A stretch of 64,000 nucleotides of DNA from Eledone cirrhosa (Eukaryota). The position numbers were made by a program, and so were the translations under genes. The stretch spans positions 122,574,001-122,638,000 of the forward strand of contig OZ024743.1 in the NCBI GenBank assembly GCA_964016885.1. Direction: 5' to 3'. Numbering within the stretch: the first letter of the stretch is position 1; each line of letters begins with the position of its first letter. The notes under the pieces are model-generated. The model did no database searches and was not told the origin of the DNA. It worked only from the letters and a program-made list of their open reading frames with translations. This document shows, piece after piece, positions 1 through 11,143 of the stretch.

Positions 1-451
1 TCCCACTCATGTATACGGTTGAAGATGAAGAGAAAGACTGTAAAAACTAGCTTATCTTTATAATTTAAAATTGATACACACTACGATACTTTTTGCCTTA
101 TGACAGCTGGTTTTCACGCCGTAACATTAGATACATTATATACCCCCCACCTAAGTAATGTCAGGGTCTCCTTAAATAGTTTATTGATAGCATTGTTGTA
201 ATAATTGTTGTTGTTTATTGTTCTAATTGAATGCCATAACTACTCCATATTTTCTTTTATTTTCTTGCCTGTGTATTTTCTTCATTCTCGCATGCTCCGA
301 AGATCTGACTGGTTATAATTCTGTATTGGCGATCGAGTGACGCAAAATTAGGCGGATAGCGATCTCTAGACATACCAGTTCAGTGAAACAAATGTAAGCT
401 ATGTGATTAAAAACCTTTTTGTATAGCAAACCATGTAAACCTTCTTTCCTG

Positions 452-1070
<619 letters not shown>

Positions 1071-1105
1071 TATATAATAACTTGTGTGTTACACCTCTAT
1101 TCTTT

Positions 1106-1452
<347 letters not shown>

Positions 1453-1457
1453 ATTAC

Positions 1458-1592
<135 letters not shown>

Positions 1593-1596
1593 TTAA

Positions 1597-2750
1597 AATA
1601 ACAGATTAAAGTTTAAGCAAAGAATCACTGCTTTAACCATTAACGGGATCTTCTGAAACTAAATAAATCAATCTTTGAACGCAGAAGTAAATATTTCGAA
1701 AAATGTTGCAACCGAAGGAAAACAGGAAGACGATACCATGGTTCGTGAAGACGTTCCCTGGCAATGAACGGAAGAAAAGCGAGGATAATACGTCTTTATG
1801 TGGACGATGAGAACAATTACACGCAAAGACAAAACCACGTATATGGTATAAATGGAGTCATTAGACTAATATTCTATTTAGGAAACCGAATGATTCTCGG
1901 CTTCGGAGTTAAGAATAATGTAAATAAATTAGTAGAACGAAAATGACAGAGGTAATTAAAGTAATAATAATTAAATATATACATACACACATCTAAATAC
2001 GTACAATCACATGCATACGCGAAAATAGATGCCATGCATGCAAGTACATGCACGTACACACAAACACACGCACACATACGAACGTATACACCAAATACAC
2101 ATATACACATAATTATATAAACGTATATAACGCACGCACACACATACCTACAGGTAAAAACACAAATTGTCACCAAACGTACATATACCAAAACTCAATG
2201 TACACATATACACACCATACATACGTGCAAACACGCATCCACGCATACACACACAAAAACGAAAACCACATATACACATATATAATATATGCACATATAA
2301 CAAATACAAGCATATTTACGTACGAGAAAGTATACGTATCTCCACAAAACATACGGGTAAGTTATACTTACCTATACAAATAAGTAATGGTATAAACATA
2401 AAATATACTTAGCTACAATATCAAGACGTAAATTATGCACGTATTGTTCGTACTATCTGTTAGGGTTTAATGTGGGGCTGTAATACGGGAAAGTTTTATG
2501 CAATTTGTGTTTACAAGCCGAAATTGCCTCAGATTTTTTGTTTAAGATGTGATCATTGGCGTAGAGTATTTCCAGGGCTTCGGCGATGTGGTTGTCTTTT
2601 AGATTCCAGATATAAGCTGAAAGTGACGTTATATTCCTTCTTAAAAGGTGTGCATGTAAAGACGCTGCTTGAATCTATTGGCGGTTAACCCTATATAGGC
2701 CCTACTAGACGTGGGTGCTTCAGCCTTACATTTGTAGACAATGTTACTGG
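1597..2750 (-). mobile_element. Decayed Penelope-like element: GIY-YIG C-terminal relic (about 2490-2675), TG/TA-rich 3' region and terminal repeat motif
   Basis: Minus-strand translation across frameshifts gives FKQRLYMH..SLSAYIWNLK..ILNKKSEAISACKHK, like the LSKYIW/LNKRSELISKCRH pattern of PLE endonucleases; terminus AGTTTCAGAAGA...TTTGCTTAAACTTTAATCTG shared with 5981-6035 and 7323-7380. Confidence 0.6.
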
Positions 2751-2950
2751 AGAGGCATTTCCCGGATAGGGGGCAGTCAACTAGATTCCTACAATTACAG
2801 TTAGTACTAGCTACAGGGTTGCACAGGGTACTACGGCTAGATAATTTAGCTAAATTTGAAGCAGTGATGTTATGAATCGTGGAGTAAGATATTTTAATTG
2901 TATTTCTATTAAAAATGTTATTATATTTATGTGCTAGGGGAAAATGCAGT

Positions 2951-3136
2951 TATTATTACAGTTGCATTTATCTTGCTTTATGTTCATACGAGTTATCACC
3001 AAGTCACAACCAGTGACATCAAGAGACAACAAGGTCCGCCATGTTCAAGAAAGAACACACACACATGCATCTTTAGGTGTTTAGACTTGGGATGTACTTA
3101 TATTGACAGAATCTTCCTTAGTATATAGGCAGTTCC
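2951..3136 (-). mobile_element. Inverted 3' end (ORF tail, 3'UTR, short TAA tail) of R4/Dong-like family A
   Basis: Reverse complement of 4824-5010-type sequence (GGAACTGCC.ATATACTAAGGAAGATTCTGTCAATATAAG...GCAACTGTAATAATA). Confidence 0.92.
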
Positions 3137-4863
3137 TATTCAGTATGAAGACATGGAAAACGACACTCCTTTTGAATAGTGAAACAAAATCACTGGAAGC
3201 TGGAGAAGTTAATATTAATTGTGAAATTTTTCAGGGTGACTTTTTATCACCGCTTTTATTCTGTATCGCACTTATACCATTAAGTAAAATGCTCAATGAA
3301 ACAAAACATGGATATAAAGTCTATGACAAAACCATTAATCACTTGTTCTACATGGATGACCTGAAACTATTTGCAAAAAATGATCAACAATTGCAAGGGC
3401 TATTATCCACTGTGGAGCAGTTCAGTGATGACATTAAAATGGAGTTTGGACTAGATAAATGCGCCAAAGCAACGTTCACCAGAGGAAAGCTGCTGAAAAG
3501 TTCAGACATTAATCTTGATCGAGGGAATGTGATAAGAGAACTTGATCAAGAGGAAACTTACAAATATCTAGGTGTTTGTGAAGGAGACGGAATCAAGCAC
3601 TCGACAATGAGGGAAAGGATAAGGAAGGAATGTTACCGCAGAGTAAGAGCAATCTTAAGAACGGAATTGAATGCAAGGAATAGGATCGATGCCATAAACA
3701 CGCTTGCCATACCAGTAGTAACCTACAGTTACAATGTCATCAACTGGTCAAGATTCTTAACCATGCACAGAATGCATCACCCTAAGGCAGATACAGATAG
3801 AATATATCTCCCTAGGAAAGAAGGAGGACGTGGGTTAATCCAGTTAGACATTCCGTTGAAAACTGCAACAATTGGATTATCTACATATCTAAGGGAATCA
3901 CATGATTGGATGATCAAACTCGTTTTGAAACACGAAAGCACCAAAAGATCATACTCCATTACAAAAGATGCACAAAGATACAGTAATGGACTACACATTT
4001 CAGAAGTCCCATTTACTGCTGAAATGGAAAACACAGAAAAAGCAAAGCAGGTAAAAGTAACTGCAAAGAAAGAACTGCTACAGAAACTGGCTAAGAAATG
4101 GCAAGAAAAGCCTCTGTATGGAAAATACCCAGAACGAGCTAACAATCCTGATGTTGACAAAACTTTAACCCATCAGTGGTTGGCATCCTCTGGACTGAAA
4201 TCAGAGACTGAAGGACTGATTATATCAGCACAAGATCAGTGTCTGCCAACAAAAAATTACCAAGACAACATAATAAAAAATGGATGCAGCCCATTATGCC
4301 GTGTATGTAAAAAACAACCAGAGACCATTGACAATGTAATTTCAATATGCAGTCCTATAGCTCCAACCGAATACCTAAACAGGCATGACAGAGCTGCACA
4401 ATACATACATTGGATAATGTGTAAGCATTTTCACCTGTCCCATCAAAAGAATTGGTGGGAGCATCAACCACCTCCCATACTTGAAAAAGATCACATCTCA
4501 ATCTTGTGGAACTTTAGCATCCAAACAGACCGAAAAATAGATGCAAATAGACCTGATATAATACTGAAGGACTTTAAAAAGAGGGTATGCCTGCTAATTG
4601 ATATGTCTGTTCCAATAGACAAGAATGTATCTATAAAAACATTTGAAAAATTGAGCAAGTATAAGGACCTGGAGATAGAAATTGGAAAAATGTGGAAATT
4701 GAGAACTAAAACAATACCAGTGGTTGTAGGCGCTCTAGGAATGATACCTAAGGGGTCTAATGATTACTTATCGCAAATCCCAGGAAACCCGCGTATAGGA
4801 GAAATACAAAAGATAGTACTAATGGGAACTGCCCATATACTAAGGAAGATTCTGTCAATATAA
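3103..4863 (+). pseudogene. Truncated RT-zinc knuckle-RLE ORF (586 aa); first codons derive from the inverted 3' fragment, not a true start
   Basis: ORF track; lacks N-terminal RT subdomains present in the 30882-33283 copy. Confidence 0.85.
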
Positions 4864-5006
4864 GTACATCACAAGTCTAAACACTAAAGATGCATGTGTG
4901 AGTATGTATGTTCTTTCTTGAACATGGCGGACCTTGTTGTCTCTTGAGGTCACTGGTTGTGACTTGGTGATAACTCGTATGAACATAAAGCAAGATAAAT
5001 GCAGCT

Positions 5007-5047
<41 letters not shown>
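3132..5047 (+). mobile_element. 5'-truncated R4/Dong-like RLE non-LTR retrotransposon, family A copy 1, with (TAA)n tail (5008-5047)
   Basis: RT motifs IFQGDFLSP and YMDD; CRVC..ETID zinc knuckle; RHD, RPDI, LIDMSVP, KYKDL restriction-like endonuclease motifs; 3'UTR then TAA repeat. Confidence 0.93.
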
Positions 5048-5048
<1 letters not shown>

Positions 5049-5614
5049 TGATTTAAATAAAAATTAAATAAATAATAGTTTTTCGCAGAAGTGTTTTAAA
5101 GGAATGATCGCCAGAACATTAACAGTTTGTCTTAATTTTTATACATTTTGACAGCCCGTAAATATGAGAAATTATTTTCAATTCCTCTTAATTCAATAAT
5201 GTCAGAAAACTTATAGCAAATGTTACAATAAGAAATTTATTATCTGACTAAGCCAATGGATTTAAATGTAAGGCATTTCTACATTTCATTCTTTGATATA
5301 TTTGTAATTTATATTTATTACTTCAGCTTCCTTTCTTATATATATGTAATTTCTGCAAATGGTTATAGAAATCCAGGAAGAAATTAAGTAGTCACTAATA
5401 ATATGGCAAGCGAAATCTGTTTATCTGAGTTCAAAGATATACAACGCAAAGTACTCTGTCGTCTAGTGGCCTACATTGTAAGAAACTGACAAGTCTGTTA
5501 TATGTATATATCAATCAGTATAATATATCGCAGTCATTTATCAAATAGATTACTATAATAATACGTACGACTTGTATATATATTTTCACTCTCACTCTCT
5601 TCTTTTCTTCTCCC

Positions 5615-5615
<1 letters not shown>

Positions 5616-5683
<68 letters not shown>

Positions 5684-5705
5684 ATATCTATCTATCTATC
5701 TATCT
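5616..5705. repeat. (TATC)n microsatellite
   Basis: Direct observation. Confidence 0.95.
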
Positions 5706-5980
5706 CAGTCCATCGTACACTCAAACACTCACACGTATAAATATAACACATACACATTGTATATGTGTTATATTGCTCAGCGTCGTATAATAGTTTCTTC
5801 CACTACTTAATAGAAAGAATCTGATTTTTCCATAGCAAGAAGTAGTTCTCCTTGCATACTTTTTACCGCATCTCAAGAGAACGCCCTCGTGAGTTAACGT
5901 TTGGTCTTTCACTTTTCCAAAGGCAATATTTGGTCGTAATTATTTTGAAATGTTTCTGCTTCCACAGTTTGATATTTCCC

Positions 5981-7380
5981 AGTTTCAGAAGATCCTGCTT
6001 TAGGATGAAAGCAGAAACTTAAACTTATAATCTGTGCTGATAAAAAATAAATATTTCCTCTACAGGTTTATCTCTCTCTCTCTATATATATATATACATA
6101 TGGGGTGTTGTCTTAAAATTGATCCTATGTGTGTGCTTCAAATGAATTTGTCGAACAAATTGTAAGCAACGAAATCGAGATTATTGTATCACGATCTAAA
6201 ACCTTATTACAATAAGCTCCCTAAATGTTTTCTTTAATTATGGTTGAGTGCTCTATATTGATGACGTCATGCTGTTATATATAGCATTACCGCCAACACC
6301 AGCCAGTAAGTATGTCAGTGTTGCTGCCATTCCAGCTCCGAACCTGCTGCCACACATGCAACTTTATCGGCTACACTCACCATCCTCACTGGTACCAACA
6401 TCCTTACTGTTTAGGGACACCTTTGGCTACACCGCCACTAGTATTGACTGTAGGCCTGGTTGCAAGCTATGCGCAGCCGTCTACAATGAACAAGCTAATC
6501 GTCGACTAACTGACAAGTTTACAGAGCATCTTCGGGAGATCCGGCTCGGCAATCAGTCTCTTGTTGCCCGATATTTCCACTCCACCGGACACTCTCTCAC
6601 CACCCCGCAGCTTCCACGCTCGTTGCTTGCTACGGCACCAAGACTCACGCTTCAGAAGAGAACAACACATTATTTTTTTCTCTTCAAAACTTTACTGGAA
6701 ACGGCCTAAATGGACCACCCCTCTCCCTCCAGTCAGCTCATTCCTAGCATTCAACTCCTATGCACACGATCACAGATGCATTACTTCCAGCATCATATGG
6801 CTACTTTCACCAACTCATCCACTCACACACGCACATATATATGCAAGTAAAACGTATACACCAAAACAATTAATTGATTGGTTATACCATAAAGCCAATT
6901 ATACTAACACAATTAATTAATTAATCATACTAATTAGATTAATTAGTTATACTAACACGACTAATTAATTCAGTAATTATACTGACACTATCGACTAACT
7001 ATAATAATTATAACACGGCCATTTAACTAAACCAACACGACTAAACAATTAACACAATACTAACACAACTGACTAATTAATATAAAGCAACATCACTAAT
7101 TAAGTAAACCAACACAATTCATCATCTAAACTAATACCATTACACAAACACAACGACACACACATGGACAACCACCTCCACCACCACCACCACCACCACC
7201 ACAACCCACCCCACCACACCCACTACCCTCCCACCATCAGCACTACTAGCAGCGGTACCACCACGACCTCACAGTGGTCCTTGAAACTACTCTAATCTCC
7301 ACCTCTTTCTGTGATATATACGAGTTTCAGAAGACCCGTTTAGGGTGGAAGCAGAAAATCTTTGCTTAAACTTTAATCTG
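5981..7380 (+). mobile_element. Decayed Penelope-like element: GIY-YIG relic (about 6430-6710) between two related terminal motifs (5981-6035, 7323-7380)
   Basis: ORF 6248-6709 contains CKLCAAVYNEQANRRLTDKFTEHLREIRLGNQSLVARYFHSTGHSL, matching PLE GIY-YIG CxxC..YIGQT.R.L..RF.EH...VA.HF...GH. Confidence 0.75.
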
Positions 7381-7688
7381 CACAAATAATAATAATAATA
7401 ATAATAATAATAATTATAATAATAATGATTTCTTTATTAACCACAAGGGTTTACATAAAGTAGACATTAAGGACAGTGCAGGACAATGCAGGACGGTACA
7501 AATGGGCATTTCTGCGTGTAAAAAAACAAAAACAGAGGATGTAACAAAAATAACAATGAAAATAACAATGAAAAATTCCCCAATAGGGGGGAGACTTCGG
7601 AGGGACATTTGTGGAGAAAGCCCAGTAAAAAGCCACAATGACCCTGACCACCAAGGCAAGTGCCCTCTCCCAGTTTTCCACCTTTAGT

Positions 7689-10600
7689 TTACAGATATAT
7701 ACTCAGAGTCGGCCCATTCACTCGGGCCATTCTTGCTTCTCTCACCCATCTTTCAACAAAATGCTGGGAAGAGAGCACTTCCTTCTCTACTCTGATTTTC
7801 CTTTTCAAATGAAATTTGAAAAAGTCAATCAGAGCATCACCGAAGAGGTAAGTGCTCGTCTTCAGCCCTTTCAAACGTGTCCACCATACTATCTCTTTCG
7901 CCATGGCCACCAGACAGATAAAAACTGCCTGCCCTTCCCGGCTAAAGGAGGAGGGCGGGGCAATCCTCACGATAGACTCAGATGATAGCTGGATCCGTCC
8001 TAAACGCGACAGCAGGTGTTCGACATAAACCCACAAGTCAGCAATTTTCGGACACTGGACGAGTGCGTGCAGGACGGTTTCGTCGCCCTGCGCGCATCTC
8101 GGACATGCCCGGCTGACGGCACCTCCATGCCTGTAGAGTTTATCCCGAACTGGCAAGGCTCCTCGGTAGCACTGCCAGGCCAGAGATTTCTGGAAGTTGT
8201 CCATAGGCCCTGGCCCGAAAGTTCTTCCGAAGAGATTGGCTAGTTGATTTTCGTCGACGCCTAGAGTTTCCCCAAGTACGTCGTCGCTCTTCCCCTCCAC
8301 TAATCCTCTATAGAACGCCGAGGTGGAGTTTCCACCGATCACATTGCCCGATTGGTCGAGGGCTGTGAGCGCCTGAAGACATTCCAGTCTCCAGGCGCTC
8401 CCTCTCGGTCTTCGCTTGACCCAGGACTGCAGCTCCGTCAAGGAAACGAGCTGGGGAAAAACGCGTCTAGCAAACGGCGACCACACCTGATCACCGTCGA
8501 GGAAGAGGTGGAGATGTCGTAGCCTGAGCGCGTGCCTGCGCATCATCAGCCACGGCATGCCCAGCCCTCCACGTAGCGGGTGTTGACAACAGATGGACCG
8601 CCTGACCATCGGAGCACGTCCCTTCCACAAAAAGCGAAAGAGCAAACGCTCCAGCGCAGTCAGGCGAGGCTTAGGACAAGGTACGACGGTTAGGCGGTAG
8701 CAGATGACAGACGCGATGTACGCGTTAGCCACCTCCGCTCGACCTTTCAGGGATAGCTTCCTCTCCGCCCATTTCTGGGTGAGAGAAGCCACCCTGCTCG
8801 TCACCTCGTCCCAGTTTTTGTCCGTCTGGAGGTCCGGACCGAACCAGACCCCTAGCAATTTAACCGGTCCGTCCGTCCAGCGCCCGACGACGCTGTTGGA
8901 CGGCATGGACCTGCCTCTCCAGGTGCCGAGCTGCAGGCCCACTGACTTTTCCTGGTTGATCATTGCTCCTGTCACCGCTTCGTATTCTCTTAGTGTAGTG
9001 CCGATCGCCTCGATGTGTTTGGCGTTCGACACCACTACGGTGACATCGTCCGCATATGCTGACACGGATCTTCCGCATCCTAGTTCGCGCGGGACTCCCC
9101 TCAACGTCTCCAGTTTGTGCAGTAATGGCTCGAGAGTCAATACGTACAAGAGGGACGAGAGGGGACATCCTTGGCGGACCGAGCGCATGATGTTGAACGG
9201 TTCCGACAGGTGACCGTTCACTCTCACCACAGAGCAGATGTCGCTGTGCATGGCAGCGATCCAGCCTCTGAAGACGGGCCCAAAGCCAGCCGCCCTCAGG
9301 ACTGCCGCTAGGTAACGATGGTCGACCCTATCGAAAGCTTTCGACTGATCTAAATTGATCAAGGACCCACCCGTGCCAGGTTCCCTAGCTACCCTCTCTA
9401 CGATGTATCGCATGAGGTGGAGGTTGTCGTGGATGGATCTGTCGGGAATGGCGCATGTCTGCGCCTCTCCCACCAGACCACCAACGACAAGCGCCAACCT
9501 CTTTGCTAGCACCTTGGCCAAAATCTTAAACTCTGTGTTTAGCAGAGTTATGGGCCGGAAATTGTCTATGTTATCCCCCTTGTTCGGATCCTTTCTCAGC
9601 AGTGCCACCGCTCCTCGGCTCACAGAACTGGGAATTCTCCCGTTCTGTTGCCAGTTGCAGTAGACGTCCGCCAAGAGGCCTCCGAACAAGTCTGGTATCT
9701 GTACGTAAAGTTCATAGGGCAGACCATCCAAACCAGGCGATTTACCCCTTGTGCAGCCAGTCATTGCCTCCCGTACTTCAGCGGCTGTTATCGGCTTTTC
9801 GCAACACTTCGCCTCAGTGGCCGAGAGCCGCGGCAGTCCGTCGAGGTAGACACTAAAGTCCATCCCTCTACCCGGCCCCCCGCTGCCCCCGAACAGCTGA
9901 GCGAAGTGTCGCTGAAAAGCTTCACACATTTGCCCGGGATCGAGTAGCATGCGCCCGTCGTGGTCCACCAAAGACCGGATCGTGGCTTTGTTGCCACGAC
10001 GCGCCTCCGCCACTCGGGCCCATTGAACGGCTTTCGTCCCCTCGTGTCTGAGAGCACGCACCCTAGCTCTGACAACGCAGCCTTCGTGCTTTGCATTGAA
10101 GAATTGGTCAAGGGCCAATTTCGCCGCAAGCACGTCGGTCGCAATGCCTTTGCTAAGCGCCTCGTCTAATTTTCTAACTAGTTCTCCCTCTGCTCTATTT
10201 TTCTCTATTGCTAAAGCCTTACTAAACCTAATCGATTCTATTCTAATCGCTCTTTTCAGAGCAAACCACCACTTGTTGTTGACGATGGCCCCCGTCAACG
10301 CCCGCTTAACTAGTTCGCTAATCCGGTCTCTGTAGGCCTTGCGCGCTGGTAAGGACGCGTTTAGCTTCCAGTAGCCGGGTCCTCGTCTATGAAGCCTATC
10401 TAAGTCAAGCACACAGGTCACGAATTTGTGGTCCGTGTAGCTGACTATCTTGAATTGTGGACAGCCTATGCTAGACCTATCTATTTCCCTACAAAATACT
10501 CTATCTAGATATGATCTGGATGACCCTATGCGGTTTGTCCAAGTCCACATTGGCACATTCGGGAAATCCAATCGGTACCTGTCAGACAGTTCAAAACGCC

Positions 10601-11108
10601 TGAGCAGGTTGGTGAGGCTCTTGCACCCTCCACCCCTATCCGCTAATCCCACACAGTCCCAGCGTGCATCTAAGATCCCGTTCCAGTCGCCCACTAACAC
10701 TAAAGAGCGGGACGTTCCAAGAAAGGTCTCCAGACGCCGGAAGAAATCAGGCCGCCCTGCTCCTGTCGGGGCATAGACGGCCACTAGCCTGAAAGCTTGC
10801 CCGTCTCCGCTGGTCACGTCCAGCACCACCAGCTTACCCTCTGGGTCCAGGAAGATGGCCCGTATGGCGAGATCCAAACCTCTCCGAAAAAGCACAGCAA
10901 CTCCTCCACCGGATCCAGGACGGCTGGGAGATGCGTACACATCGTAGCCGCCGAAGATCGGTGCGAAGGCCCGTGCTTCGGAGATTCTGGTCTCGCTGAT
11001 GGCCACTACATCTATGTTTAGTGACCTGAGGTCGTTGAGCAGGTGACCCTGCTTCCATGACGACCCCAAGCCACGCGCATTTATGCTGCCTATTCTGAGT
11101 GAGGTCAT
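7689..11108 (-). CDS. ORF2: AP endonuclease, reverse transcriptase and C-terminal zinc finger (1139 aa)
   Basis: SINARGL, ISETR, GDWN, YLDR, TDH (APE); KAFDRV, QGCPLS, YADD (RT); CPRC..ETVLHALVQC. Confidence 0.96.
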   Translation of the reverse strand: MTSLRIGSINARGLGSSWKQGHLLNDLRSLNIDVVAISETRISEARAFAPIFGGYDVYASPSRPGSGGGVAVLFRRGLDLAIRAIFLDPEGKLVVLDVTSGDGQAFRLVAVYAPTGAGRPDFFRRLETFLGTSRSLVLVGDWNGILDARWDCVGLADRGGGCKSLTNLLRRFELSDRYRLDFPNVPMWTWTNRIGSSRSYLDRVFCREIDRSSIGCPQFKIVSYTDHKFVTCVLDLDRLHRRGPGYWKLNASLPARKAYRDRISELVKRALTGAIVNNKWWFALKRAIRIESIRFSKALAIEKNRAEGELVRKLDEALSKGIATDVLAAKLALDQFFNAKHEGCVVRARVRALRHEGTKAVQWARVAEARRGNKATIRSLVDHDGRMLLDPGQMCEAFQRHFAQLFGGSGGPGRGMDFSVYLDGLPRLSATEAKCCEKPITAAEVREAMTGCTRGKSPGLDGLPYELYVQIPDLFGGLLADVYCNWQQNGRIPSSVSRGAVALLRKDPNKGDNIDNFRPITLLNTEFKILAKVLAKRLALVVGGLVGEAQTCAIPDRSIHDNLHLMRYIVERVAREPGTGGSLINLDQSKAFDRVDHRYLAAVLRAAGFGPVFRGWIAAMHSDICSVVRVNGHLSEPFNIMRSVRQGCPLSSLLYVLTLEPLLHKLETLRGVPRELGCGRSVSAYADDVTVVVSNAKHIEAIGTTLREYEAVTGAMINQEKSVGLQLGTWRGRSMPSNSVVGRWTDGPVKLLGVWFGPDLQTDKNWDEVTSRVASLTQKWAERKLSLKGRAEVANAYIASVICYRLTVVPCPKPRLTALERLLFRFLWKGRAPMVRRSICCQHPLRGGLGMPWLMMRRHALRLRHLHLFLDGDQVWSPFARRVFPQLVSLTELQSWVKRRPRGSAWRLECLQALTALDQSGNVIGGNSTSAFYRGLVEGKSDDVLGETLGVDENQLANLFGRTFGPGPMDNFQKSLAWQCYRGALPVRDKLYRHGGAVSRACPRCAQGDETVLHALVQCPKIADLWVYVEHLLSRLGRIQLSSESIVRIAPPSSFSREGQAVFICLVAMAKEIVWWTRLKGLKTSTYLFGDALIDFFKFHLKRKIRVEKEVLSSQHFVERWVREARMARVNGPTLSIYL

Positions 11109-11143
11109 GTTTAAAATAGAGTGGAAAAGATGGGAAAGACCAC

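Noticed and set aside
6880-7140. CTAACAC(A/G)ATTAA-type degenerate repeats resembling an array
   Set aside because: Irregular low-complexity tail of a PLE relic; no constant repeat-spacer structure, not CRISPR.
8704-9213. Antisense ORFs recurring in each Tx1 copy (169 aa, 102 aa, 115 aa etc.)
   Set aside because: Shadows of GC-rich ORF2; recurrence reflects copy identity, not independent selection.
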